DNA of 64,000 nt from an uncultured Gammaproteobacteria bacterium (GTDB taxonomy: Bacteria; Patescibacteriota; Patescibacteriia; 2-12-FULL-57-11), in NCBI GenBank assembly GCA_964648865.1, contig CAZYLV010000002.1, positions 79,272 to 143,271 of the forward strand. The letters run 5' to 3'. Below are positions 1 through 8,028 of the stretch, one piece after another. Below the pieces are notes generated by a model, which was given only the letters and a program-made list of their open reading frames with translations, was not told where the DNA came from and ran no database searches. The stretch's first letter is position 1. The number at the start of each line of letters is the position of its first letter. Position numbers and translations under genes: made by a program.

Positions 1-62
1 CGCAGCAGCGCCCCGGCGAGGATGAGCGCGATGCCTGCGGGCGCGAAGCCGGCGGTCGTCAT
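1..62 (-). CDS. 5' end of a minus-strand gene running off the left edge. The N-terminus MTTAGFAPAGIALILAGALL looks like a membrane or signal segment.
   Basis: There is an ATG on the minus strand at 60-62, followed leftwards by hydrophobic codons. Too little sequence is present to classify it. Confidence 0.3.
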   Translation of the reverse strand, partial: MTTAGFAPAGIALILAGALL

Positions 63-110
63 AGTCCGACGGAGTGTACCGCGTGCGGCACGGCGGGCCA
101 AGCGCGGCCG

Positions 111-139
111 TTGACCGGCCGGTGCGGCGCTGCTAGATT
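111..139 (+). promoter_or_regulatory. Sigma-70-like promoter TTGACC-17nt-TAGATT. The predicted transcription start coincides with the ATG at 146, so the mRNA is leaderless.
   Basis: TTGACC at 111-116, a 17-nt spacer, TAGATT at 134-139 and the ATG 7 nt downstream. There is no Shine-Dalgarno sequence. Confidence 0.5.
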
Positions 140-145
140 CCGCCC

Positions 146-868
146 ATGCGGGTGCTCGCGATCATCCAGGCGCGCGGCGGCTCCAAAGGCATCCCGGGCA
201 AGAACCTCCGGCCGCTTTGTGGCAAGCCGCTCATCGCCTGGACCATCGCGGCGGCCAAGGCGGCGCGGCGCGTGGAGCGCGTCGTGGTCAGTACCGATGA
301 CGAGGCCATCGCCGCGGTCGCCAAGGAACACGGCGCCGAGGTGCCCTTCCTGCGCCCGGCGGCATTCGCCATGGACACCGCCCCGTCGCTCCCCCTGTAC
401 GGGCACGCGCTCGGCTGGTTCGCCGAGCATGAGGGCTACCGCCCGGACGCCGTGGTCCAGCTCAAGCCGACCAACCCGTTGCGCACCGCGGACCAGATCG
501 ACGCCGGCGTCGCGCTGTTCTTCTCCGCGCCGCCGTGCGACGCCGTGATGTCGGTCCATGAGACGCACGACCACCCCTACAAGATCTGGAAACCGGTCGG
601 CGGCGGCTTCATGGAACCGTTCCTGTCCGCCGAGCGGACCGGCATGCGCGACGCCGCGCGCACGCGCCGGCAGGACCTGCCCACGGCCTGGCGCCATGAC
701 GGCGCGGTCAACGTCATCGCCCCGGCCACGATCCTCGAGAAGGGATCCATGAACGGCGAGCGCGTCAAGGCGCTGGTCATCGACGAGGACAGCGCGCTCA
801 ACATCGACACCCTGCGCGACTTCGCGCTGGCGGAGCTGCTCCTGAAGGGGCGTACCGCGGTCGGTTGA
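146..868 (+). CDS. CMP-nonulosonate / acylneuraminate cytidylyltransferase (NeuA/PseF/KdsB family CMP-sugar synthetase)
   Basis: The N-terminal motif IIQARGGSKGIPGKNL and the overall layout are characteristic of CMP-NeuAc, CMP-Pse or CMP-Kdo synthetases. Confidence 0.8.
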   Translation: MRVLAIIQARGGSKGIPGKNLRPLCGKPLIAWTIAAAKAARRVERVVVSTDDEAIAAVAKEHGAEVPFLRPAAFAMDTAPSLPLYGHALGWFAEHEGYRPDAVVQLKPTNPLRTADQIDAGVALFFSAPPCDAVMSVHETHDHPYKIWKPVGGGFMEPFLSAERTGMRDAARTRRQDLPTAWRHDGAVNVIAPATILEKGSMNGERVKALVIDEDSALNIDTLRDFALAELLLKGRTAVG

Positions 869-958
869 CGCCGCAAACCCGGCAAACGTAGGATGTATCC
901 GCCTGGAGGGGGGCGGGGAACGCCCCATTTTCATACACGAACCGAAGACGCCCGCGCT

Positions 959-2491
959 ATGGCTGAGCATGGCCTCGGGGAAAAGTTCCCGTTCGAGAAC
1001 CTGGTCATCTTCGAGATGGCCAACAACCATCAGGGTGACGTCGCCCATGGCAAGCGCATCATCGCCGAGATGGCCGCGCTCGCCGCCGCCCATCGCGTGC
1101 GGGCCGCCGTCAAGTTCCAGTTCCGCGACCTGGACACCTTCGTCCATCCCAGCCACCGCGAGAAGACGGACAACAAGCACGTGCCGCGGTTCCTCTCCAC
1201 CCGGCTCACCGAGGCGCAGTTCGCCGAGATGGTGGCCGAGGTCCGGGCGCATGGCCTGGTCGCCATGTCGACCCCCTTCGACGAGCGTTCCGTGGACCTC
1301 ATCGAGCGCTTCGGGCTCGACGTGATCAAGATCGGCAGCTGCTCGGCCACCGATTGGCCGCTCCTCGAACGCGTGGCCGAGGCGGGCAAGCCGGTCATCT
1401 GCTCGACCGCGGGTCTCGAGATCTCCGAGGTCGACCGGCTGGTGTCCTTCTTCCGGCACCGCGGCGTGCACTTCGCGCTCATGCACTGCGTTGGCATGTA
1501 CCCGACGCCGCCGGAGAAGATGGATCTGGTCCGGATCGCCACCTTCCGCAGCCGCTACCCCGGCGTGGTCGTCGGCTACTCCACGCACGAGGATCCGTCG
1601 GACCACGTCTCCGTGGGCATGGCCTACGGGATCGGCGCGCGCATCTTCGAGAAGCATGTCGGCGTGCCGACGGAGAACATCAAGCTCAACGCCTACTCCG
1701 CGTCGCCCGAGCAGGTGGATGCCTGGCTGCGCTCGTACGTGCGTGCGACCCAGGCGGTGCGTGCCGACCTGCCGCCGCGTGACGCCGAGGAAGTGCGCCA
1801 ACTCAAGGCGCTGATGCGCGGCGTGTTCGCCAAGCGGGCCATCCGTGCCGGCGAGACGGTGACGCGCGAGGACGTCTACTTCGCTTTCCCCTTCGCCGAG
1901 GGCGGCATCCCGAGCGGCGAGTTCAAGCCCGGCGTGGTCGCCGACCGCGACTATGCGCCGGACGAGGCCATCGGCTTCGGCGCCAAGTCGGCCGAGGACC
2001 GCAAGCGGCGCGCCACCTACGACGCCATCCACGCCATCAAGGGCATGCTCGCCGAGGCCAAGGTCGCCGTCGGCCTGGACTTCAACGTCGAGCTCTCGCA
2101 CCACTACGGCATCGAGAACTTCTCCAAGGTCGGCGTGACCATCATCGACTGCATCAACCGCGAGTACTGCAAGAAGATCCTGGTCCAGCTCCCGGGCCAG
2201 CGTCACCCCGCGCACTACCATAAGAAGAAAGAGGAGACGTTCCAGCTGCTCTCCGGCACGCTCGAGATCGAGATGGAGGGCCGGCGCAAGACGCTCTACC
2301 CGGGCGACATCGCCGTGGTCCCGCGCGGCGTCTGGCATCGCTTCTGGACCGACACCGGCGCGGTGTTCGAGGAGGTCTCGACCACCCATTTCAACGACGA
2401 TTCCTTCTACGAGGACCGGCAGATCGCGCGGATGCCGCGCGAGGCCCGCAAGACCCGGCTCACCAATTGGGGGCGGCACCAGTTCGATTGA
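959..2491 (+). CDS. Nonulosonic (sialic/pseudaminic-like) acid synthase: a NeuB-family TIM barrel plus SAF domain, fused to a C-terminal cupin domain
   Basis: LVIFEMANNHQGD is the NeuB signature. The SAF region contains GETVTREDVYFAFP. The C-terminal ~110 aa (HPAHYHKKKEETFQLLSGTLEIEMEG...GVWHRFWT) is a cupin. The ORF track starts at 893; the ATG at 959 (MAEHG) is more plausible. Confidence 0.8.
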   Translation: MAEHGLGEKFPFENLVIFEMANNHQGDVAHGKRIIAEMAALAAAHRVRAAVKFQFRDLDTFVHPSHREKTDNKHVPRFLSTRLTEAQFAEMVAEVRAHGLVAMSTPFDERSVDLIERFGLDVIKIGSCSATDWPLLERVAEAGKPVICSTAGLEISEVDRLVSFFRHRGVHFALMHCVGMYPTPPEKMDLVRIATFRSRYPGVVVGYSTHEDPSDHVSVGMAYGIGARIFEKHVGVPTENIKLNAYSASPEQVDAWLRSYVRATQAVRADLPPRDAEEVRQLKALMRGVFAKRAIRAGETVTREDVYFAFPFAEGGIPSGEFKPGVVADRDYAPDEAIGFGAKSAEDRKRRATYDAIHAIKGMLAEAKVAVGLDFNVELSHHYGIENFSKVGVTIIDCINREYCKKILVQLPGQRHPAHYHKKKEETFQLLSGTLEIEMEGRRKTLYPGDIAVVPRGVWHRFWTDTGAVFEEVSTTHFNDDSFYEDRQIARMPREARKTRLTNWGRHQFD

Positions 2492-2500
2492 CCATCTCTC

Positions 2501-3601
2501 GTGAAGCGTATGGCGTACAGGGTGAAGATCATCGGCGCGGGCTCGGTGGGTAACCACCACGCCAACGCTTGCCGCACCGTCGGCTGGGACGTCACGGTCG
2601 TGGACGCGAGTCCTGACGCGCTCACGCGGATGCGCGAGGAGATCTATCCCAAGCGATACGGCGCATGGGACGAGGCGATCGTGCTGGCATCGCCGGCCGA
2701 AGCGGCCAAAGGGTTCGATGTGGTCATCATCGGCACGCCGCCGGACACGCACCTGCCCATCGCCACCGCGATTCTGCGGGAGGAGGCGCCGCGCGTCCTG
2801 CTCATCGAGAAGCCGCTCTGCTCGCCGACCCTCGAGGGCCTGGACGAGTTCCTCGCCGAGGCCCGGAAGCGTCCGGAGACCGCGATCCTTGTCGGCTACA
2901 ACCATATCCTCGCGCAGAACACGCTCCAGGCCGAAGAGATCGTCCGCGCCGGCGCGTTCTCCGATCCGCAGGCCTTGGATTGCGAGTTCCGCAGCAACTG
3001 GACGAACATCCTGAAGGCCCATCCCTGGCTCGCGGGGCCGGCGGACACGTACCTCGGATTCTGGAAGCGCGGCGGCGGGGCCGGCGGGGAGCATTCGCAC
3101 GGGCTCAACCTGTGGCAGCATTTCGCGCACGTCGTCGACGCCGGCCGGGTGACCGAGGTCGACGCCATGATGGAGTACGTCACCGACGGCGGCGCCGATT
3201 ACGACCGCTCCTGTTTCCTGAACCTGGTCACCGAGAAGGGGCTGGTCGGGCGCCTGGCCCAGGACGTCATCACGCAGCCCAAGCGCAAGTTCCTGGACAT
3301 CCATTTCGGCGACGGCACGCTGGGTTGGCGGAACGACGTCACCAAGACCACCGACGAGGTGCACGTGCAGAAGCATGGCGCCGACGCCGAGACCATCACC
3401 ATCGAGAAGACGCGGCCGGAGGAGTTCGGCCGCGAGACCGAGCATGTCCGGAAGATCCTGGACGGCGAGCTGTCGATCGGCGAGTCCCCGATCCGGCTGG
3501 AACGCGGCGTCGACACCATGTTGGTGTTGGCCGCGGCGCACCGCTCGCATGCCGAGCGGCGGCGCGTCGGCATCGATTACGTCAACCACAAGACCGTCTG
3601 A
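2501..3601 (+). CDS. Gfo/Idh/MocA-family NAD(P)-dependent sugar oxidoreductase
   Basis: Rossmann motif KIIGAGSVG near the N-terminus. It overlaps the longer alternative-frame ORF 2665..4212, which I rejected. Possible starts are the GTG at 2501 or the ATG at 2510. Confidence 0.7.
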   Translation: MKRMAYRVKIIGAGSVGNHHANACRTVGWDVTVVDASPDALTRMREEIYPKRYGAWDEAIVLASPAEAAKGFDVVIIGTPPDTHLPIATAILREEAPRVLLIEKPLCSPTLEGLDEFLAEARKRPETAILVGYNHILAQNTLQAEEIVRAGAFSDPQALDCEFRSNWTNILKAHPWLAGPADTYLGFWKRGGGAGGEHSHGLNLWQHFAHVVDAGRVTEVDAMMEYVTDGGADYDRSCFLNLVTEKGLVGRLAQDVITQPKRKFLDIHFGDGTLGWRNDVTKTTDEVHVQKHGADAETITIEKTRPEEFGRETEHVRKILDGELSIGESPIRLERGVDTMLVLAAAHRSHAERRRVGIDYVNHKTV

Positions 3602-3603
3602 CG

Positions 3604-4212
3604 ATGAAGACGACCGTCTATCTCGTCCGCCATGCGGAAAGCGAAGCCCGTACCCGCGGCATCGTCCAGGGTGCGGGTCTGCATATCCCGCTGACGGCCG
3701 AGGGCCGCGCCCAGGCCGAGCGGTTGGCGGAGCGTCTGCGCGAGGTGCGCATCGACCGCATGTACGCCTCCACCGCGCTTCGGGCGCGCGAGACCGCTGC
3801 GGCCATCAGGGGCGTCCATCCCGACGTGCCCTATGAGGAGCTCGCCGCGCTCGGCGAGCGCTCCAAAGGGGAGCTTGAAGGGATGGCGTACGCCGATGCC
3901 GCGGCGCGGTACCCGGAGATCCATGCCGCCTGGAACCGAGGCGAGGATCCGCGGCCGCCCGGCGGGGAGGATTTCGTCGACGTGCAGCGGCGGACCGCAC
4001 CGATCCTGGAGCGGCACGTGCGCGCGGCAGGGGAGGCGACGCTGCTGTACGTCATCCACGGCAATGTCATCCGGACGCTCCTCGGCCACATGCTCGGTGT
4101 CCCGGCCTCGGATTGCGCGCGCATCGCGCAGGACCACTGCGCCGTGAACATCGGCGTCTTCGACCACGGCCGCGGGTCGTGGCGGGTGGAGTGCGTCAAC
4201 CGTACGCCGTGA
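3604..4212 (+). CDS. Histidine phosphatase superfamily protein (phosphoglycerate-mutase-like sugar-phosphate phosphatase)
   Basis: Begins YLVRHAESE with the RHAES catalytic His motif. Length and layout fit branch 1 of the histidine phosphatase family. Confidence 0.75.
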   Translation: MKTTVYLVRHAESEARTRGIVQGAGLHIPLTAEGRAQAERLAERLREVRIDRMYASTALRARETAAAIRGVHPDVPYEELAALGERSKGELEGMAYADAAARYPEIHAAWNRGEDPRPPGGEDFVDVQRRTAPILERHVRAAGEATLLYVIHGNVIRTLLGHMLGVPASDCARIAQDHCAVNIGVFDHGRGSWRVECVNRTP

Positions 4213-4214
4213 GT

Positions 4215-5318
4215 ATGCGCAGCCACACGGTGCCGATCGCGCTCGTGCCCGCCGACCCGTCGATACGGCAAGCGGTGGCCGCCGCGCTGCGCGAGGGCTA
4301 CGGGATCCCGGCGGACGCGGACGGCATCCGGGCGTTCTCCGAGGAGACGGTCGGCAGCACCGTCTTCTTGGCGGAGACCGATCGGGGGCCGGTCGTCATC
4401 AAGCGCTACGTCCATGCGGACCGCCGCGCGCTCGAGATGTCATCGACGGTCTCGGAGGCGCTGCGGGAGCGCGGGGCGCCGCTCGCGCCGGTCTTCCGCA
4501 CCCGCTCCGAGGGTCACGTGCATCCGGACGGATCGGCCGCGGTCGTCGTCTCCGGGTTCGTCGATGGCGCCCACTTCGACGCCCGACCCGTGGAGTTCGC
4601 CGCTGCGGGGGAGGCGCTCGGCCGGTTCCACGCCGCCGGCGCCGCCTACCTGCGCGAGCGCCCCGAGGCCTGGACGGCGATCGCGGACGCCATCCCCGAA
4701 GACAAGCCCTACGGGGAGTCGGTGGGCCTCTATGCCGACGGTCTCCGGGAGGAGCTCCTCGCCGGACATGTCTGCGCCATCCCCGAGGTCTGCGAGGCGT
4801 TCCGCGCGGGCGTCGGCACCGTGGACGCGGCCGTCGCCCTCGTGGCGGCGTCGGGGCTGTGGGCGCCGGAGAGGACGCGCGGCATCCTCCACAACGACTG
4901 CCACGCCAATAACATGCTCTTCGCACCGGACGGCGCGCTGCGCGCGGCGCTCGACGTCGACCAGATGGGCATCGGCCCGTTCGCGGCCGACCTCGGCAAC
5001 ACCATCGCCTCGCTGTCCTCGAACGTCGCGACGCGCGGCAGGGAACAGGAGGTCGAACCCGGGGCCCGCGCCTTCCTGCGCGCGTACCATCGCGCCTTCC
5101 CTTTGCCGACCGAAGAATACCTGCGTGTCCTTGCCGGGACGCAGGCCTGGGACGTCCGGCGCGTGCTGCGCCGGCTCCGGGAGCACCGCGACGGTCGGGA
5201 GGTCCCGCCCGTGCTCTTGCGCAAGGTCGTGGAGCGTTTCCTGCCGCGGCTATCGCGGACGCCCGCGCTGTTCGCGTTCCTCACGGAGGGGTGGGTCCGC
5301 GAGACCCTGGCGCCTTGA
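4215..5318 (+). CDS. Phosphotransferase-family (APH/choline-kinase-like) small-molecule or sugar kinase
   Basis: Brenner-type motif HNDCHANNMLF (HxDxxxxN) and a downstream DVDQMGIG matching the DFG-equivalent region, typical of the APH/ChoK fold. Confidence 0.65.
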   Translation: MRSHTVPIALVPADPSIRQAVAAALREGYGIPADADGIRAFSEETVGSTVFLAETDRGPVVIKRYVHADRRALEMSSTVSEALRERGAPLAPVFRTRSEGHVHPDGSAAVVVSGFVDGAHFDARPVEFAAAGEALGRFHAAGAAYLRERPEAWTAIADAIPEDKPYGESVGLYADGLREELLAGHVCAIPEVCEAFRAGVGTVDAAVALVAASGLWAPERTRGILHNDCHANNMLFAPDGALRAALDVDQMGIGPFAADLGNTIASLSSNVATRGREQEVEPGARAFLRAYHRAFPLPTEEYLRVLAGTQAWDVRRVLRRLREHRDGREVPPVLLRKVVERFLPRLSRTPALFAFLTEGWVRETLAP

Positions 5319-5367
5319 CGGCGCGTCGTGCGGCCGCTATCCTCAAGCCACTTTCCGCATCTCCGCT

Positions 5368-6171
5368 ATGCAGATCCGTTCGATCGGCATCATGGGCACC
5401 GGGATGGTCGGCGGCGCGGTCCGCCGCTATTACGAATCCCGGGGCGTCACGCCGTTCGTCTACGACAAGGGCAAGAACGAGGGGTCCGTCGCCGAGGTCA
5501 ACCGGGCTGACGTCGTCTTCATCTGCGTCCCCACGCCCTACGACGAGGCCAAGGGCGGCTTCGACCTCTCCTACGTCAAGGAAGCCATCGGCAACCTGGC
5601 GGGGGAGAAGACGGTGGTCCTCAAGTCGACCATCATGCCGGGTTCGACGGAAGCGCTCCAGAAGGAGTTCCCGCAGCACCGGATCATGTACAACCCGGAG
5701 TTCCTCACGGAGATGACCGCCGATCAGGACATGGCCTTCCCGGACCGCCAGATCCTCGGCGTCACCGATCGCAGCTTCACCGGCGCGGCCGACGTCATGG
5801 CCATGCTGCCGCTCGCTCCGTATGAGCGCATCATGCCGGCCACGTCCGCGGAGATGGTCAAGTATTTCGGCAACACCTGGTTCTCCACCAAGGTGGCCTT
5901 CGCCAACCAGATGTACGACCTCTGCCAGAAACTGGGCGTGGAGTACGACCAGGTCCGCGACGGCGTCGCCGCCGACAAGCGCATCGGCCGCACCCACCTC
6001 GAGATCTTCCACAAGGGCTACCGCGGCTACGGCGGCAAGTGCCTGCCCAAGGATACGCGCGCCCTCATCCAGCTCGGCGACCGCGTCGGCTCCGAGATGC
6101 GTCTCCTCAAGCTCGTCGAGGAGCTGAACGCCGAGATCCACCGCCTCCAGGGGCTCGAACCGCCGAAGTGA
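5368..6171 (+). CDS. UDP-glucose/GDP-mannose dehydrogenase family protein, short form (N-terminal and central domains, catalytic Cys present, C-terminal UDP-binding domain absent)
   Basis: GIMGTGMVGG Rossmann motif and GYGGKCLPKD catalytic-cysteine motif. The protein ends ~35 aa after the Cys and is ~268 aa, against ~400+ aa for a normal dehydrogenase of this family. Confidence 0.6.
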   Translation: MQIRSIGIMGTGMVGGAVRRYYESRGVTPFVYDKGKNEGSVAEVNRADVVFICVPTPYDEAKGGFDLSYVKEAIGNLAGEKTVVLKSTIMPGSTEALQKEFPQHRIMYNPEFLTEMTADQDMAFPDRQILGVTDRSFTGAADVMAMLPLAPYERIMPATSAEMVKYFGNTWFSTKVAFANQMYDLCQKLGVEYDQVRDGVAADKRIGRTHLEIFHKGYRGYGGKCLPKDTRALIQLGDRVGSEMRLLKLVEELNAEIHRLQGLEPPK

Positions 6172-6173
6172 CC

Positions 6174-7121
6174 ATGGGTCCCGTCGTCGTCACCGGCGCC
6201 GCCGGTTTCATCGGCTCGCATGTCGTGCGCGCGCTCCTCGACCGCGGGGAGCGCGTCTTCGGCATCGACAACTTCGACGCCTACTACGATCCCGCGATCA
6301 AGCGCGCCAACGCCGCAGCGCTGGCCCATCCGTCCTTCACGATGGTCGAGGCCGACATCCGCGACGCCGCCGTCATGCGCTCGGCGTTCGCCGACGCCGG
6401 GCCGCACCGGCTCATCCATCTGGCCGGCCGCGGCGGGGTGATGCCGTCGCTGCGCGATCCGTCCCTCTATTTCGACCTCAACCTGATGGGGACCGTGCAG
6501 GTCTGCGAGGCGGCCCGTGCCGCCGGCTGCACGCATGCCGTGGTGGCCTCGAGCTCCACGGTCTATGGCGTGCGCACCGACGGCACGCCGTTCCGCGAGG
6601 ACGAACCTCTCGGTGCGGCGCTCTCGCCCTACGGCGCGTCCAAGCAGGCCATGGAGCGGTACATCGAGGAATTCTCCGGCCGTGCGGGCGTCCCCGCCAC
6701 CGCGCTGCGCTTCTTCTCCGTCTACGGCCCGGGGCAGCGGCCGGACATGGCCGTCCATACCTTCGTGCGGAAGATGCTCGCCGGCGAGACCATCACCGCC
6801 TACGGCGACGGCTCCGCGACGCGCGACCACACCTACGTCGCTGACGTCGTCCAGGGGGTGCTGGCCGCGCTCGACCGCCCGCAGGGGTACCGCGTCTACA
6901 ACCTCGGGGAATCGCGGACCGTGGCGTTGCGCGACCTGCTCGCCGCCATCGAGGCGACGCTCGGCGTCACGGCACATGTCGTCTGGGAGCCGGCGCGCGC
7001 CGGGGAGATGCCGGCGACGTTCGCCGACATCAGCCGCGCCCGCACCGAACTCGGTTACGACCCGACGTTCCCGCTGGAACGTGGGCTCGAGGAGTTCGTG
7101 CGTTGGTACTGCATGCGCTGA
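6174..7121 (+). CDS. NAD-dependent nucleotide-sugar epimerase/dehydratase (UDP-glucuronate/UDP-GlcNAc 4-epimerase-like SDR)
   Basis: VVTGAAGFIGSHV, then the YxxxK region YGASKQAMERY. The start overlaps the upstream stop codon. Confidence 0.8.
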   Translation: MGPVVVTGAAGFIGSHVVRALLDRGERVFGIDNFDAYYDPAIKRANAAALAHPSFTMVEADIRDAAVMRSAFADAGPHRLIHLAGRGGVMPSLRDPSLYFDLNLMGTVQVCEAARAAGCTHAVVASSSTVYGVRTDGTPFREDEPLGAALSPYGASKQAMERYIEEFSGRAGVPATALRFFSVYGPGQRPDMAVHTFVRKMLAGETITAYGDGSATRDHTYVADVVQGVLAALDRPQGYRVYNLGESRTVALRDLLAAIEATLGVTAHVVWEPARAGEMPATFADISRARTELGYDPTFPLERGLEEFVRWYCMR

Positions 7122-7142
7122 CACGCGCAGGACGGGGACGGG

Positions 7143-7994
7143 TTGACGCGCCCGTCCCTTTTTGATACACACGCGGCACGACAGGAGGCGAACGTGGATA
7201 CGAAGCGGCAGATGTTGGAGGCGGCCCTTGCGGATGCGCGAGCCACGCGGGAGCGGCGGTTCACACGCTACTACGGGCTCTTGGTGAGGCTGCCCTGGGG
7301 CAAGGGAAGCGTCGCTGAAGGGACGCACGAGATCGTCGATGACGACGGGGAGATGGTGGCGCTCGAGGAGGAGTCCATGCGTCGCTGCCACGAGCGCGGG
7401 GAGGACCCCAATGACGGTCGCGTCGGCGTCGTCTTCGAGGATCCGGTCGGCGCCGTCGTGGCGCACCCGATCCGCACCGCGGACGGCAGGCGGCGCACCT
7501 GGAAGGCCGTCTACTGGTGGAACGGGGTGGTGGGCAAGACCGTCAACCTCGTTCCGCACACCGACGACGGACGCGTGATGCTCGTCCCGGCCTGGCGCGG
7601 CCCGGTGGTCTGCCGCTGGGAGCTGGAGTTCCCGGGCGGCGGCGACATCCACGCCAAGCAGGAGGAGCAGGCGGTGCGCACCGAGTTGTTCGAGGAGTGC
7701 GGGTACGAGGTCCTCTCGTGCCGGCGTCTCGGCGGCGAGGAGCTCTTCATCGTCGACCCGTCGACGAACGGTACGCCGCAGTCGGTGTGGGCGGTGCGCC
7801 TCGGCGAGAAGGTCGGGCAGCGGCCGGAGGACGGCGAGATCTTCCGCGAACCGGTGCTGCTCGACCGGCAGGAGCTCGTCGACGCCCTGCAGTGCGGCTA
7901 CCACACGCTGGCCCACGGGCGCCGGTACGCGGTGCTCAACGGGCGCAACGGCATCTGCGCGGCCATGGCCTTCGCCTACGGCCTGGTGCGCTGA
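7143..7994 (+). CDS. Nudix hydrolase with a ~130-aa N-terminal extension of unknown function (possible nucleotide-sugar pyrophosphatase)
   Basis: Nudix box GGGDIHAKQEEQAVRTELFEECGY. The annotated start is TTG and an internal start is possible. Confidence 0.6.
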   Translation: MTRPSLFDTHAARQEANVDTKRQMLEAALADARATRERRFTRYYGLLVRLPWGKGSVAEGTHEIVDDDGEMVALEEESMRRCHERGEDPNDGRVGVVFEDPVGAVVAHPIRTADGRRRTWKAVYWWNGVVGKTVNLVPHTDDGRVMLVPAWRGPVVCRWELEFPGGGDIHAKQEEQAVRTELFEECGYEVLSCRRLGGEELFIVDPSTNGTPQSVWAVRLGEKVGQRPEDGEIFREPVLLDRQELVDALQCGYHTLAHGRRYAVLNGRNGICAAMAFAYGLVR

Positions 7995-8003
7995 CGCACG
8001 GCA

Positions 8004-8028
8004 GCGGTCCCCCTGGGACCGCTTTTTC
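8004..8028. terminator. Bidirectional intrinsic terminator between convergent genes
   Basis: Hairpin GCGGTCCC-CCT-GGGACCGC followed by CTTTTTC. Confidence 0.55.

Noticed and set aside
59-3589. A 1176-aa ORF on the minus strand spanning the NeuA, NeuB and oxidoreductase genes
   Set aside because: Its composition is Arg/Gly/Asp/Val-rich with no motifs. The plus-strand frames across the same span carry clear NeuA, NeuB, Rossmann and histidine-phosphatase signatures. It is a typical high-GC antisense shadow ORF.
2665-4212. A 515-aa plus-strand ORF in an alternative frame overlapping the oxidoreductase gene
   Set aside because: Only its last ~200 aa (from 3604) form a real histidine phosphatase. 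The upstream part is an Arg/Pro-rich frame overlap with the genuine Gfo/Idh gene.
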